From an uncultured Planctomycetota bacterium (GTDB lineage: Bacteria; Planctomycetota; Planctomycetia; Gemmatales; Gemmataceae): 64,000 nt of DNA. Below the pieces are notes generated by a model. That model saw nothing but the letters and a program-made list of their open reading frames with translations. It was not told the origin of the DNA and made no database searches. The DNA lies in assembly GCA_963849325.1 (NCBI GenBank), contig CAWKHF010000006.1, positions 384,001 through 448,000 of the forward strand, in the 5' to 3' direction. Below, piece after piece: positions 43,832 to 54,388 of this stretch (the first letter of the stretch is position 1; every line of letters begins with the position of its first letter). Both the position numbers and the translations under genes were made by a program.

Positions 43832-46800
43832 ATGTGGACCCCCAAACGGATCTTGCTGCTGGCCGTTGGCTTCGTGCTATTCACGCTGGTGTATCTCCTT
43901 TATTCGGCGACGTCGCTGGGCCGCATCAATACGCTGCCGCCGCTGCCGGAACAGTACAGCGAAGGCAATTCGTCGTCGTCCGGCGATCGGCCGCCGCGGA
44001 GTCGGTCCGACCCCCCTGGAACGCAAGATGGAATTGGCGTTCGGCATCGGCTGCAAGGAACTGAAGTGGCCGGTCCTGCTCGGAGCTGAACGCCAAGAGC
44101 ATGGTGATGGCCGCCGGCAATTTCTCGGTCGAGGACGACGGCCGCGTCAAGCTGGAGCCGATGAGCATCGGCCTGTTCGGCAAGAAAAAGAACGACGGCC
44201 GGGACATCGAAATCAATACCCTCAAATGTAAGCAAGCCTTCATCACCTTCGACCGGCCCGTTGCCTCCCTGAGTCCGAGCGAACTGAACGGCCGCAAGGT
44301 CGTCAAGGCGGAACTGTACGGCAGCCATACCCCATTGAAATCATCAACAATCGCCGCACGGCGCTGCGCGATGACGATTTGACGGTCATTATCGATACGG
44401 GTCCGCTGCACTACCTGGAGAAGAAGCAACTCATCTGGACGACCGACGTCGTCCACCTGCAGGACGGCCAGCTGACGCCGCCCAAGGCCGACATCGTCGC
44501 CAAGGGGATGGAGATGGAGCTGACAACGTCGTCGCCGCCGCCCAAGCCGGGGGCCATCGTCCACAAGCCCAAGAACGAGAGCATCTCCGGCGTCAAGCGC
44601 ATCGTGCTGAAGCAGGACGTGACCATGCACCTGTACATCGCCGGGGCGATGCCGTTCCCCGGCGGCGACAAGACGCGCCCCGCCGGCGGCGGTCAAGGGC
44701 AAGAATGAGCCGCCGCGCCGGAACCCTCGCACGTCATCATCCGCACGCCGGGGCGCTTCCAGTACGACCTGTACAAGGACCACGACATGGCTCGTTTCGA
44801 CGTGCCGGAGGGCCAGGACCAGCCCAATTCGCCGCAGGACGTCACGGTGCAACGCATCAACGAGCGGTTGGGCACGAACGACCAGCTGGTGTGCAAGCAC
44901 TTGCAATTGCGCGTCAAGCGGCGTGACGGGCCAACGCCGCCGGCCGGGGCGCCGGCGTCCTCGACGGAGCAATCGCTGGAAATCGAGACCGCTCACGCCA
45001 CCGGCCCGGAAGTCACGCTGACCTCCGACGCCGAGAAACTCGACGCCCACGGCAACGATTTCTTCTACGACGCGGCCCAGAAGCTCACCATCCTCAAAGG
45101 CGTCCCGTACATGGAGGCCGAGAAGGAGGGGAGCCTCATCCAGGCGCCCGAGCTGCGCATCCGGGACGTGCCGCTGTCTCCTTCTGCTCCGGGCAGCGAG
45201 AAAGGCGGGGCCAATCCGCCAAGGACCTATCAGCAGATCCACGCCAACGGACCCGGCAGCATTCACATGCTCAACAAAGCCACCGACAAGAGGAACATAC
45301 ACGCCTTCTGGAACGATCAGCTCATTTCAACGCGCGACGGCGAGCTGGATCTGCTGATCCTGATCGGATCGGCGCGCTTCGTGGACGATGAGCACGAACA
45401 GTTGCTGAAGGCGGAGACCCTCAAGGTTTGGCTGCTCGCCGACGACAAGAAACCTCCGCTTTCTCCCTCGCCGGCGGTGAAGGCGAAGACGGCGGGGGCG
45501 CCGGCGAGTCCCGAGTCGTCGCGCCGGCCGCACCACGTCGAGGCGCTGCGCAACGTCGTGGCCCGATCGGCCGAGCTGAACGTCCACGATACGAGCCGGC
45601 TCCTCGTCCGCTTCACGGACGTGCCGCCGTCGCGCATGCCCCCTCCCGCGTCGGGCAGTGCGAAGCCCGAAGGCCGGCCGCCGGAGAGCAAGACGTCCGC
45701 TCCCACCGTAATAGCCAAACCCGTCTCCTCCGCGGCGCCGGCAGTCGTGGCGCAGCCGAACAAGCTCGCCGCCGCGTCTCCGGTGGCCAACGTCCGGGGT
45801 TCCGCCGGAGCGCCGATGCCTGCCGGACCCGCAATGCCGGCCACCGGAGCAATGGGCAAGCCGGCGAGTGCGTCCGGAGCCGCGCAACCGGGGGCGTCCG
45901 CCAAGACCGGCCCAGCGCCGGCGCGGCCGATCGATCTGACGGCGCGCTCGGTCGAGGCGGAGGTGCTGCGCTGTGGCGAACGCAACGTCCTGGACCACCT
46001 GTGGACCGAGGGCGACGTCAAGGTGCGGCAGGAGCCGGCCAAGCCGGGCGAAAAAGGCGTCTACATTGAGGGCGATACGCTGGACATGAAGGCGTACCCC
46101 GAGGGCAACCTGCTTGTCGTCACCGGCGACATGGCCCAGCTGCAAATGGACAAGATGCTCATCTTCGGGCCGGAGGTGAACATCGATCAAGCCAAGAACA
46201 AGGCGTGGGTCTACGGCAGCGGCGCCATGCGCATGGAGAGCAACACCACCCTGGAGGGCAAGCCGCTGGGCCGTACCGTGCCGCTCACCATCCACTGGAG
46301 CCAGGACATGCTCTTCCAGGGCGATCACGCCGAATTCCGAGGCAACATCAATGCCGAGCAGGAAAGCGCTCTGTTGGCCTGCCAGTTCCTGCAAGTGTTT
46401 TTCGATCGGCCCATCTCGCTGAAAGAGGGCAATCGCGGCGATCATCCGCCCAAGGTCCGCAATCTCGTCGGCGACAAGGAAGTGCGGGTGGAAGACAAGG
46501 TGGTCGAGCGCGACCGTCTGCAGAAGTACCAGCTGCTGGAGGGCCGGTCGATCACCATGAATACCGTGCCGCGCGATGACGCGCCTCCCTCTTTATCCAC
46601 TCCTGGAGCAAGAGGCGAGAAAGGAGGGGGCCGCGGCAGCGATGCCAGCGAGGTGCATCTGTCCGGCCCCGGCAGCGTGCGCATCCTGCAGCGCGGAGGG
46701 ACGGACCTCGCTACGCCGTCCGGCAAGCCGGCGCCGGGCAAACCCGGCACTCGACCGCCGGCGGCCGCCGACCAGGAGATGAAGCTGACCTACGTGAGCT

Positions 46801-47255
46801 TCGAGCATTCGATGCAGGCCAGCAATCGGACGAACACGGCGGTTTTCTGGAAATCGGTGCGCCTCCTCAATTTGCCCTGCGAGAACCCGTACCGCGAGAT
46901 TGACCTCGACGCCATGCTGGCCTCGGAACTGCCGCCCGGAGCGATGTACCTGCGCTGCAACCGGCTCAAGGTGCTCAGTCAGCCGGCGCCGGACGGCAAG
47001 AGCCATCAGGAGATGGAGGCCAACGGCCAGGTCATCGTGCAGGCCAAGGAGTTCACGGCCCAGGCCGACCACATGACCTACAACGAGGCCAAGGACCAAA
47101 TCATCTTCATCGGCGAGGGCGGCAACCACGCAACGCTATCGAAGATCATCGCCAAGGGCGTCGAGCCGCAGGTACTGCGGGCGCGGAAAATCATCTATAT
47201 TCGCAGCACCGGCTATGCCTGGGTGGATAAAGGCGAGGAGTTGAACGGCAATTGA
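43832..47255 (+). CDS. Large membrane-anchored beta-rich protein, probably LptC/LptA (OstA)-like (frameshifted)
   Basis: N-terminal TM helix; repeated beta-jellyroll-like segments (GNDFFYD..LTIL.G, EGDVKVRQ, ADHMTYNE..DQI); follows kdsD-kdsC. Confidence 0.65.
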
Positions 47256-47270
47256 GAAGCAATCTCCCAA

Positions 47271-47310
47271 GCCGCTTGCGGCTTAGCGGCCAAGCTAAGC
47301 CGCAAGCGGC
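47271..47310. repeat. REP-like palindrome, family GCCGCTTGCGGCTTAGC
   Basis: GCCGCTTGCGGCTTAGC-GGCCAA-GCTAAGCCGCAAGCGGC, perfect stem. Confidence 0.8.
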
Positions 47311-47321
47311 GTCGAGGCCGC

Positions 47322-48082
47322 TTACTCCTTCTTGCTCGGCAGCTCGATGACCTCGACCTTGCGATACTTGACGACGGTGCCGGGATCGTGTCCTTGCAGG
47401 GCGAAGTGCCCCTTGCTGTAGTTGTTGTTCTCGTCCACGAAGTCCACCGTCGTCTTGTCGTTGACCTTGATGACGATGTGATTGCCCTTGGCGATCACTT
47501 CCTGGGTGAACCACTCGTCGGGCTTGACCAGCTGCTCCTTGATCAAAATCTTGTCGTGCGCTCCGGGGGTGAGCTTGATCGACGGATACAGGCTGCCGGT
47601 GCGGATGGGGTCGCGGTGCGTGCTGTTGATCTGGGCCTCGTAGCCCTTGGGGAAGTCGGCGCCGAACTGCGGTGCGGAAATACTGGCCGCTGTTGCCGTG
47701 GTCGTTGATCTTGGCCTCGACGCGGTAGCGGAAATTCTCGTAATCGCCGCGTTCGGTGAACAAATGGCTGTGAGGACCGCTGCCGATGAGGATGCCTTCC
47801 TCGACGTGCCACAGCGGCACTTCCTGCCCTTGTCCTCCCTTTTTCAGCTTGCCGTGGTAGGCGATCACCTTGCCGTCCTGCTCTTTCTTGACGATCTCTT
47901 CGATGTCTCCGGGATTGGGATTGGAGTACATTTTCCATCCGGTCAGATCCTTGCCGTTGAAGAGTGGCGTCCACTTGCCGTCGTCCAGGCCCTTGGAATC
48001 GGCGGCGGCCGGCAGGGACGCGAAAGCCAGCGCCGCCAGGCCGGCCAGCAGCACGGCGAAACTCAGCAGATGTCGTAGGCAT
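47322..48082 (-). CDS. DUF1080 (3-keto-disaccharide hydrolase-like) secreted protein (frameshifted)
   Basis: LFNGKDLTGW, GNSGQYFR, GHFALQGHDPG. Confidence 0.9.
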
Positions 48083-48117
48083 GTCCAGATGCTCCTTCGT
48101 CGGAGAAATTCGGATCT

Positions 48118-48152
48118 CAGCGTAAGCGAGGGAATGTCCCTCGCTTACGCTG
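48118..48152. repeat. REP-like palindrome, family AGCGTAAGCGA
   Basis: CAGCGTAAGCGAGGGA...TCCCTCGCTTACGCTG; relatives at 54310-54364 and a half copy at 52711-52734. Confidence 0.75.
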
Positions 48153-48166
48153 CGGGCTGTTAGCCC

Positions 48167-49088
48167 TTACTTCTTCGACTTCTGGGGCGGCGTGGGCAAT
48201 TCGCTGGCGTGGGGGGCGGCGGATCTTCAGGTTGGGCGTAACGTCGGCCTCGACGCGGCCCAGCGTCCACGCCAGGGCGCCTGAGAGCAAGGTTTGCATG
48301 ACCGGACTCTCCCAGACGTCCTCGCGGTGGCCCATCGACGTGTAGAAGACACGGCCCTTCTCGTGCTTGCGCGCCCAGGTGGCCGGGTAATTCGGCCGTT
48401 CGTAATCGAAATTCTTCATGCCCTTGGTGTCCTGCACGAGGATGACGTGCAGGTCCGGCGCGAAGTTCTTCAGCGAATACCACTCCTCGTTCAGCTCAAA
48501 ATCCTTGGCGTCCTTGATGCCGGGGAAGTGGGGATCGACCACGCGCATCCAGGCTTTTTGCTGCTGGCCGTGCTTGATGAACTCGCCGCCGAGCATGGCG
48601 ATGTAGGGATCGACCTTGTCGCGCTCCTGGTTCTGCCACTGGCCGCCCTTGCTGTGGAAGGTATCGCTGGCGCAGTGGCAGCCGACGAAGCCCTTGCCGC
48701 CGGCGACGGCGTCGAGCAGCGCCTTCTTGCCGGCCTTCGACATCGGCGGCGAACCGTCCTTGCACTTTTCGCTGAGCAGATCGCCCTGCGTCTCGAACAG
48801 GAAGCCGTCGAACGTGGGGAAGTCCTTCGACTCGAAGACGCGGCCATCCTTTTCGCAAAGGACGTCGAGGTTGAACTTGGCGCCGAACTCGGTGACGATC
48901 CGCTCGGCCAGCGACGGCTTGCCGCCCTTGCGCTCGACCACGGAGTGCTGGAAGCCGACCGAGCGCGTGTACATGAGGAGGCGGCGTTTGGCGGCGTCGG
49001 CCCCGGCCGTCCAGCCTTGCGGCAGGCGGGCGGCGCCCAAGAGCAGCGCGGCGAGACTCGATTGTTGCAGCCATTGACGTCGATTCAT
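48167..49088 (-). CDS. ThuA-like domain protein with Tat signal (frameshift near the 3' end)
   Basis: NRRQWL; GFQHS, GFVGCHCASDT, EEWY, GRVFYTSMGHRED. Confidence 0.88.
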
Positions 49089-49265
49089 GGGTGTTCTCCT
49101 GTGAGCGGCGCGGGTTGGGGGATCGGGGTCAGTGTAAGAGATGATGCCGTGGACTGCCAGGGGATAACGGCCTTGACGCCGCCAAGGCGGTCCTTATGCT
49201 GCCGGACTGCCCGGAAGGCACTGGAGGCTCCCTAGCGTTTCCGAGGTAGCGGAGGTCGGCAACAC

Positions 49266-51346
49266 ATGGCAGCCGTCGGCTCATCCCGCACGGCTCGGCT
49301 CGGGGCGTGCTTTGTCATCCTGATGCTGGCAGCCCTGCCGGGCTGCGCCTCGATCCGCGTCGATCGGACGCATCAATCCGGCCTGCTTGCCGACTGGCAC
49401 GCCAGCGCCGTCGGCCGCGACGAGTTGTCGCCGCGCACGGCGCAGACGCTGCGACAATGGGATCTTGCCGACCTGTATGCGCGCTCTGCCGACGAGGCCG
49501 AGGCGCGGCTGCACGACGAGGCCGTGCGCGAATCCGCAGCCGGACCTGGTGTTCGCCCTGGCCGAGATCAACTATGTCCGGGGTCGAAAGGCCGAGCGGC
49601 ACGACTGCGCCCACGCCACTGCCTACTACTACCTCTGCGCCGGCTACGCCTACCACTACCTGTTCGACGAGCCGCCGCGTCCGGCCCCGGACATGGAGTG
49701 CAACCTGAGAACGGTCGGCAACCCGCCGGGTCCGCTGCCCGACCGCTTCTCTCCACGCGCGTCCATCTTCGACCCGCGCTTCCGCCTGGCCTGCGAGCTG
49801 TACAACGCCGGCCTGGCCAAGTGCATCGCCGCCGCTCAGCGGGTCGGCCAGCTCGACCCGCGCCATGAGCTGCGCCTGCCGACGCCGGACGGCAAGGGCT
49901 TCACGCTCTCGGTCGCCCACACCGGCTTCACCTGGACGCCAGAGGAGTTCGGCCGGCTACTCATCTGCGCCGACTACGAAGTCATCGGCGTGGCCAACCA
50001 CCATCGCAACTATGGCCTGGGTGTGCCGCTCATCGCCACGCGCGCCGCCGGCACCGGCGACGACGAACCGGGACAAACCTTCTATCCGCGCGATGCCAGC
50101 TTCGCGGCCACCGCCTTCTTCCGCTTCGCGGGCAGCCTGGCCGACCTCGGTACCCAGCGCTGCGGCCGACTCGAACTGTACAATCCGCTCACCGTCAAGA
50201 CCGTTGAGACGGCCGGCCAGACCGTGCCGCTGGAGACCGACCTGACGACGCCGCTGGCCTACTTCCTGGCCAACAGTGACCTCGGCAACCTCGCCGACTT
50301 GAAGGGCTTCGTCTACGGCGAGCACATCCGCGGCCAGACCGGCATCCGCATGATTTCCCCCTATCAGCCCGGCAAAGTGCCCGTCGTCCTGGTCCACGGT
50401 CTGCTGTCGTCGCCCTTGACCTGGGCGCCGGTCATCAACGACTTGCAGGCCGACCCGGTGCTGCGCGAGCGCTACCAGTTCTGGTACTACTACTATCCGA
50501 CGGGCGCTCCCTACCTGGCCTCCGCCGCCGAGCTGCGCCGCCAACTGAACCAGCTGCGCGACGAGGTCGATCCGCGCCATCAGGACTCGGCCCTGGACAA
50601 CATGGTGTTTGTCGGCCACAGCATGGGCGGGCTAATCTCGAAGCTGATGACGGTCAACTCCGGCAACGACTTCTGGAAGCTGGTCAGCAACGATCCGTTC
50701 GACAAGGTGAATCTGCCCGAGGCGGCGCGGGCGGACCTGGAGCAGACGTTTTTCTTTCGCCGCGAGAGCTGCGTGACGCGCTGCATTTTCATCGGCACGC
50801 CGCACCACGGCTCGAAGCTGAGTCCGTCGCCCCTGGGCCGGCTGGCGGTCCACCTGATCCATCTGCCCGAAGACCTGATGACGGCGAGCCAGGATCTCAT
50901 CAAGGACAATTCGGAGCTGCCAACGCTATTGCGGCCGCGGCCGCTGCCGACCAGCGTCGATTTGCTGGACCCCAACGCGCCGGCCCTGGTGCTGATGGCC
51001 AACCGCCCGCGACCGGAGCGCGTTCACTATCACACCATCGCCGGCGTCGTCTCGACGGCGACGACCGACTTCGAGCGCTGGCTGGCCGGCGACCGCCGCG
51101 ACCCCGGCGACGGCGTCGTGCCCTACAAGAGCCCACATCGACGACGCCGATTCCGAGTTGGTGGTGCCGGCCGATCACTTCCACGTCCATCATCATCCGC
51201 TGGCGGTGCAGGAAGTACGGCGGATCTTGCTGGAGCACTACCAAATGTTCATCCGCCAGAAGGACGCTCAGAGGGAATTGCAGCTAACGTCCTCAAATGC
51301 GGACAAAGATGCCACGCCGGTACATCCACAAGCAGATCAGCCATAG
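49266..51346 (+). CDS. Alpha/beta-hydrolase lipoprotein (esterase/lipase; frameshifted)
   Basis: LPGC lipobox, VLVHGLLSSP, GHSMGG nucleophile elbow, GTPHHGS, DGVVPY. Confidence 0.88.
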
Positions 51347-52633
51347 CACAAGTAACACCGCGCCCGCCTCCGTAATTGGCCCAAAGGTGTTGTTGAGCCA
51401 CACCGGATCGACGGCAACGTGGAACATGCCCAACAGCGGCTTGACGACGTGCGCCAGGCTGGGCATGGCGAGCGGTCCCAGGTGAATGCGCAGCGTCGAA
51501 CGGGTCCAGCCCTTGATGAGCTGGGCCATGCAATACATGGCGATGGAGTTCATGCCGACGACGATCAGCGGAAACGCCCAGCGTTTCCAGCCCTGAATGT
51601 CGAGCACCCAGAAGAAACCGGCCAGCATCCAGAACGTCCAGCCGGCGCTGTACAGCGCCCACGACGGCGTCCAGATGCGCTTGACGATCGGACAGATCGT
51701 CTCGCCCGCTGCCCAGCCGAGAACCAGGCAGACCGCGCCGGCGGCGACGAGCCAGGCCAGCTTGCGCCATTTGCTCCGCGGCGTGCGCAGCATCTCGCCG
51801 GCCATGAGGCCGAGGAGCATGGTCGCCAGCGACGGCACGAAGTTGAGCGTCTGATAGCCGCCCGCGTTGAAGCGGAAGGGTTTGTCCGCTTCGGCCGGCG
51901 GGAAGAGGTTGAGGAACCACGAATCGAACGCCGCCGCCGCGTTCGTGTTCTTGTCCCAGTGGGCGAACCAGCCTCCCAGGCTTTGCCAATCGTCCTTCCA
52001 GCCGACCGCATGAGCATCGAACCCCGACGCCGGAAGCGGCCAGAGGAAGAACAGCAGCCAGTAGCCAATTAGGATACCGGCCAGCGCCGCCAGCTGCACG
52101 CGCAGCCCGCGCCCCAGCAGCAGATACAGAAAGGCGTAGCCGAGACCAATCTGGGAGAGCACGTTGGTGAAGGTAAAGTAGGTGCTGCCCTTGCTCCCGT
52201 TGGAGGACAGGAAGATGCCCAGCAGCACCAGAAAGACGGCCCGATAGAGGACGTGGGCGACGATCTTCGTCGGGGAGTCGCCTTTGGCCCGGCGGCTGGC
52301 GATGGAGTAGGGCATGGCCACGCCGACCATGAACATGAACGACGGCTGAATGAGGTCCCACAGCGAACAGCCGATCCACGGCACGTGATCGGTGTTGAAG
52401 GCGAGGAGCTGCCAGGTACGGTTGTCGGGGAAGTTCCGAGCCACGGCCGGCAGCGCCAGACCGCCGGAGGCCATGAAGAGCATGATCGCGCCGCGGTAGG
52501 CGTCCAGCGACGCCAGCCGGGCCGGTTTCTCGCGCGGGGCCGGCATCGCCATCGGCGTTTCCCGATGCGCCGGTTGTTCGACCTGTTCGAGTGGCGGAGA
52601 GGTGGTCAGAAGCGAAGTCATGGTAGGTATCAC
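51293..52633 (-). CDS. DUF5009 / heparan-alpha-glucosaminide N-acetyltransferase-like membrane protein
   Basis: RLASLDAYRG, WDLIQPSFMFMVG, PIVKRIWTPSW, VGMNSI. Confidence 0.88.
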   Translation of the reverse strand: MIPTMTSLLTTSPPLEQVEQPAHRETPMAMPAPREKPARLASLDAYRGAIMLFMASGGLALPAVARNFPDNRTWQLLAFNTDHVPWIGCSLWDLIQPSFMFMVGVAMPYSIASRRAKGDSPTKIVAHVLYRAVFLVLLGIFLSSNGSKGSTYFTFTNVLSQIGLGYAFLYLLLGRGLRVQLAALAGILIGYWLLFFLWPLPASGFDAHAVGWKDDWQSLGGWFAHWDKNTNAAAAFDSWFLNLFPPAEADKPFRFNAGGYQTLNFVPSLATMLLGLMAGEMLRTPRSKWRKLAWLVAAGAVCLVLGWAAGETICPIVKRIWTPSWALYSAGWTFWMLAGFFWVLDIQGWKRWAFPLIVVGMNSIAMYCMAQLIKGWTRSTLRIHLGPLAMPSLAHVVKPLLGMFHVAVDPVWLNNTFGPITEAGAVLLVLWLICLWMYRRGIFVRI

Positions 52634-52835
52634 GGTCTTGGGTGGGAAGAGCGAACAGCATCAAGGAAACCACTTCCGCCAGGCGTTGTCAATCGTGTTC
52701 AACAAACGCTTCCGAGCCTGAAGCGTGAGTGAAGGAAAAGAAACTTCTGCTTAGCTTGACATTTGTTCACAAGAAGAGTATCTTCCGGCCCGTGTTTCGC
52801 CAACTATCCAGAGTTTTTGAGAAGGAGGAAGAGCC

Positions 52836-53291
52836 ATGTCGAAGCGACCCGCGCGGCCGCAAAGTTATCCGTGGTTGTCTCCGTACCTGACCGTGAAGGA
52901 TGCGGATGCCGCCATCGACTTTTATCAAAAGGCGTTCGGCTTCGAGAAACGCATGTCTCTGCACGGGCCGGATGGCCGAACCGGCCACGCCGAGATGACG
53001 TGGAAGGAGGCGATGATTATGTTTGGGGCGGTCCCGGAGTCGAAGCGCGACGAATGGCCCTGTCGGCCTCCGGCCGAGAAGGGGATCCACTCGCCGATCA
53101 CGCTGTACGTTTATTGCGAGGACGTGGACGCCCTGTTCACCCGCGCCGTCGCGGCGGGCGCCAAGGCGATCAAGCCGCCGCAGGACGTTTTCTACGGCGA
53201 CCGAATGTGTACGCTGGAAGACCCGGACGGCTACTGGTGGAGTTTCGCCACCAATGTCGCCGACTTCGATCCGAGCAAGGTGCCCGGATAA
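52836..53291 (+). CDS. VOC/glyoxalase family protein (PhnB-like)
   Basis: PYLTVKDADAAIDFYQKAFG, HAEM, FYGDR, DPDGY.W. Confidence 0.9.
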   Translation: MSKRPARPQSYPWLSPYLTVKDADAAIDFYQKAFGFEKRMSLHGPDGRTGHAEMTWKEAMIMFGAVPESKRDEWPCRPPAEKGIHSPITLYVYCEDVDALFTRAVAAGAKAIKPPQDVFYGDRMCTLEDPDGYWWSFATNVADFDPSKVPG

Positions 53292-53295
53292 CGAC

Positions 53296-54098
53296 TCAGG
53301 TTTCCACGACCGCCGACTGCAACGCATGCAGCAGGTGGTCCAACCAGGCGACCAGGGTATCGGGGTTGGGGACGTGGGCCGCGGCCGACAGCGGCGCCTG
53401 CGGGCCGACGCCCAGGGTGATGCCGCCCAGGGACGTCACGGCCGCGAAGGCGTCGCTGTCGTTGTCGGCATCGCCGGCGTAGAAGACGAAGGCCGGTTCG
53501 CCAACGTGGTCCACGATCTTCTGTACGGCCTCACTCTTGGTCCCCGCGCCGGCCACGGTAACCTCCAGGGCCCGTGGGACATCGACGATGCGCAGCTCCT
53601 TGGTCCAGCGCTCCAGGAAACCCAGGACGCGCGAACGCACTTCCTCCGTCTGAGACGGCGCGACGCCGCGATAATGGACCGTGAAGCCGTAGCGCTTGTG
53701 TTCGACCCACGCTCCGGGATAGACCTGCTCGATGGTCGCCAGCCGCCGCGTCACCTCGTCGATCAGCTGGACGCTCTGCAGGGCGGCGGGGTGGACAAAG
53801 GAGGAGCCGTCATGCAGCTTCAGTTCGATGCCGCTCAGGCCGCCGTACAGTAGGTCGGGAATGTCGATCAGCTTCTCAACGTCTTCGAGCCGTCGGCCGC
53901 TGAGGACGCCGACGTGCGTGCGCGGGAGGGCGGCGAACTGCCCGAGCAAGTCGCGCGTCCGGGCGCGATCTTCGCCAACCACGGAAACTCGACGAGCGGC
54001 GTCAAGGTGCCGTCGTCGTCGAAGAGCAGGACCAACTTTTCACCGGCGTGATGGGCGGCAACCAGGGGCACCAAAACGTCCGGCAGAGATTCGTCCAC
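53296..54098 (-). CDS. otsB: Trehalose-6-phosphate phosphatase (frameshifted)
   Basis: LFDDDGTLTP, LSGR, VEHK..TVHYR, AGDADND..AF. Confidence 0.85.
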
Positions 54099-54266
54099 GT
54101 TTCACTCCTGTTCTGTTGCCGTGGACGTGTCCGTGTCGCGGCGCCACAAAGGGGCCGGCGTCGAAGGAGGGCAAGCCAGCCCAGCAATAGGTGAAGGGTG
54201 TCGGCGGTTTGCTGGGTATCCGCCTCCACGGATGGGAAATAACAACCTTTGTTCAATGTATCATTT

Positions 54267-54283
54267 TGCAAACGAGATGCCAA
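54267..54283 (-). promoter_or_regulatory. Sigma54 (-24/-12) promoter upstream of otsB
   Basis: TTGGCATCTCGTTTGCA, which is GG-N10-GC and close to consensus. Confidence 0.7.
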
Positions 54284-54309
54284 CGCCGCGATGGATACGA
54301 GGGGCCTCC

Positions 54310-54364
54310 TCCGAGCCTGAAGCGTAAGCGAAGAGATGCTCTTCGCTTACGCTTCAGGCTCGGA
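54310..54364. repeat. REP-like perfect hairpin
   Basis: TCCGAGCCTGAAGCGTAAGCGAAGAG-ATG-CTCTTCGCTTACGCTTCAGGCTCGGA. Confidence 0.8.
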
Positions 54365-54388
54365 TAAACACGTTTTGTCCTCTCGCTC

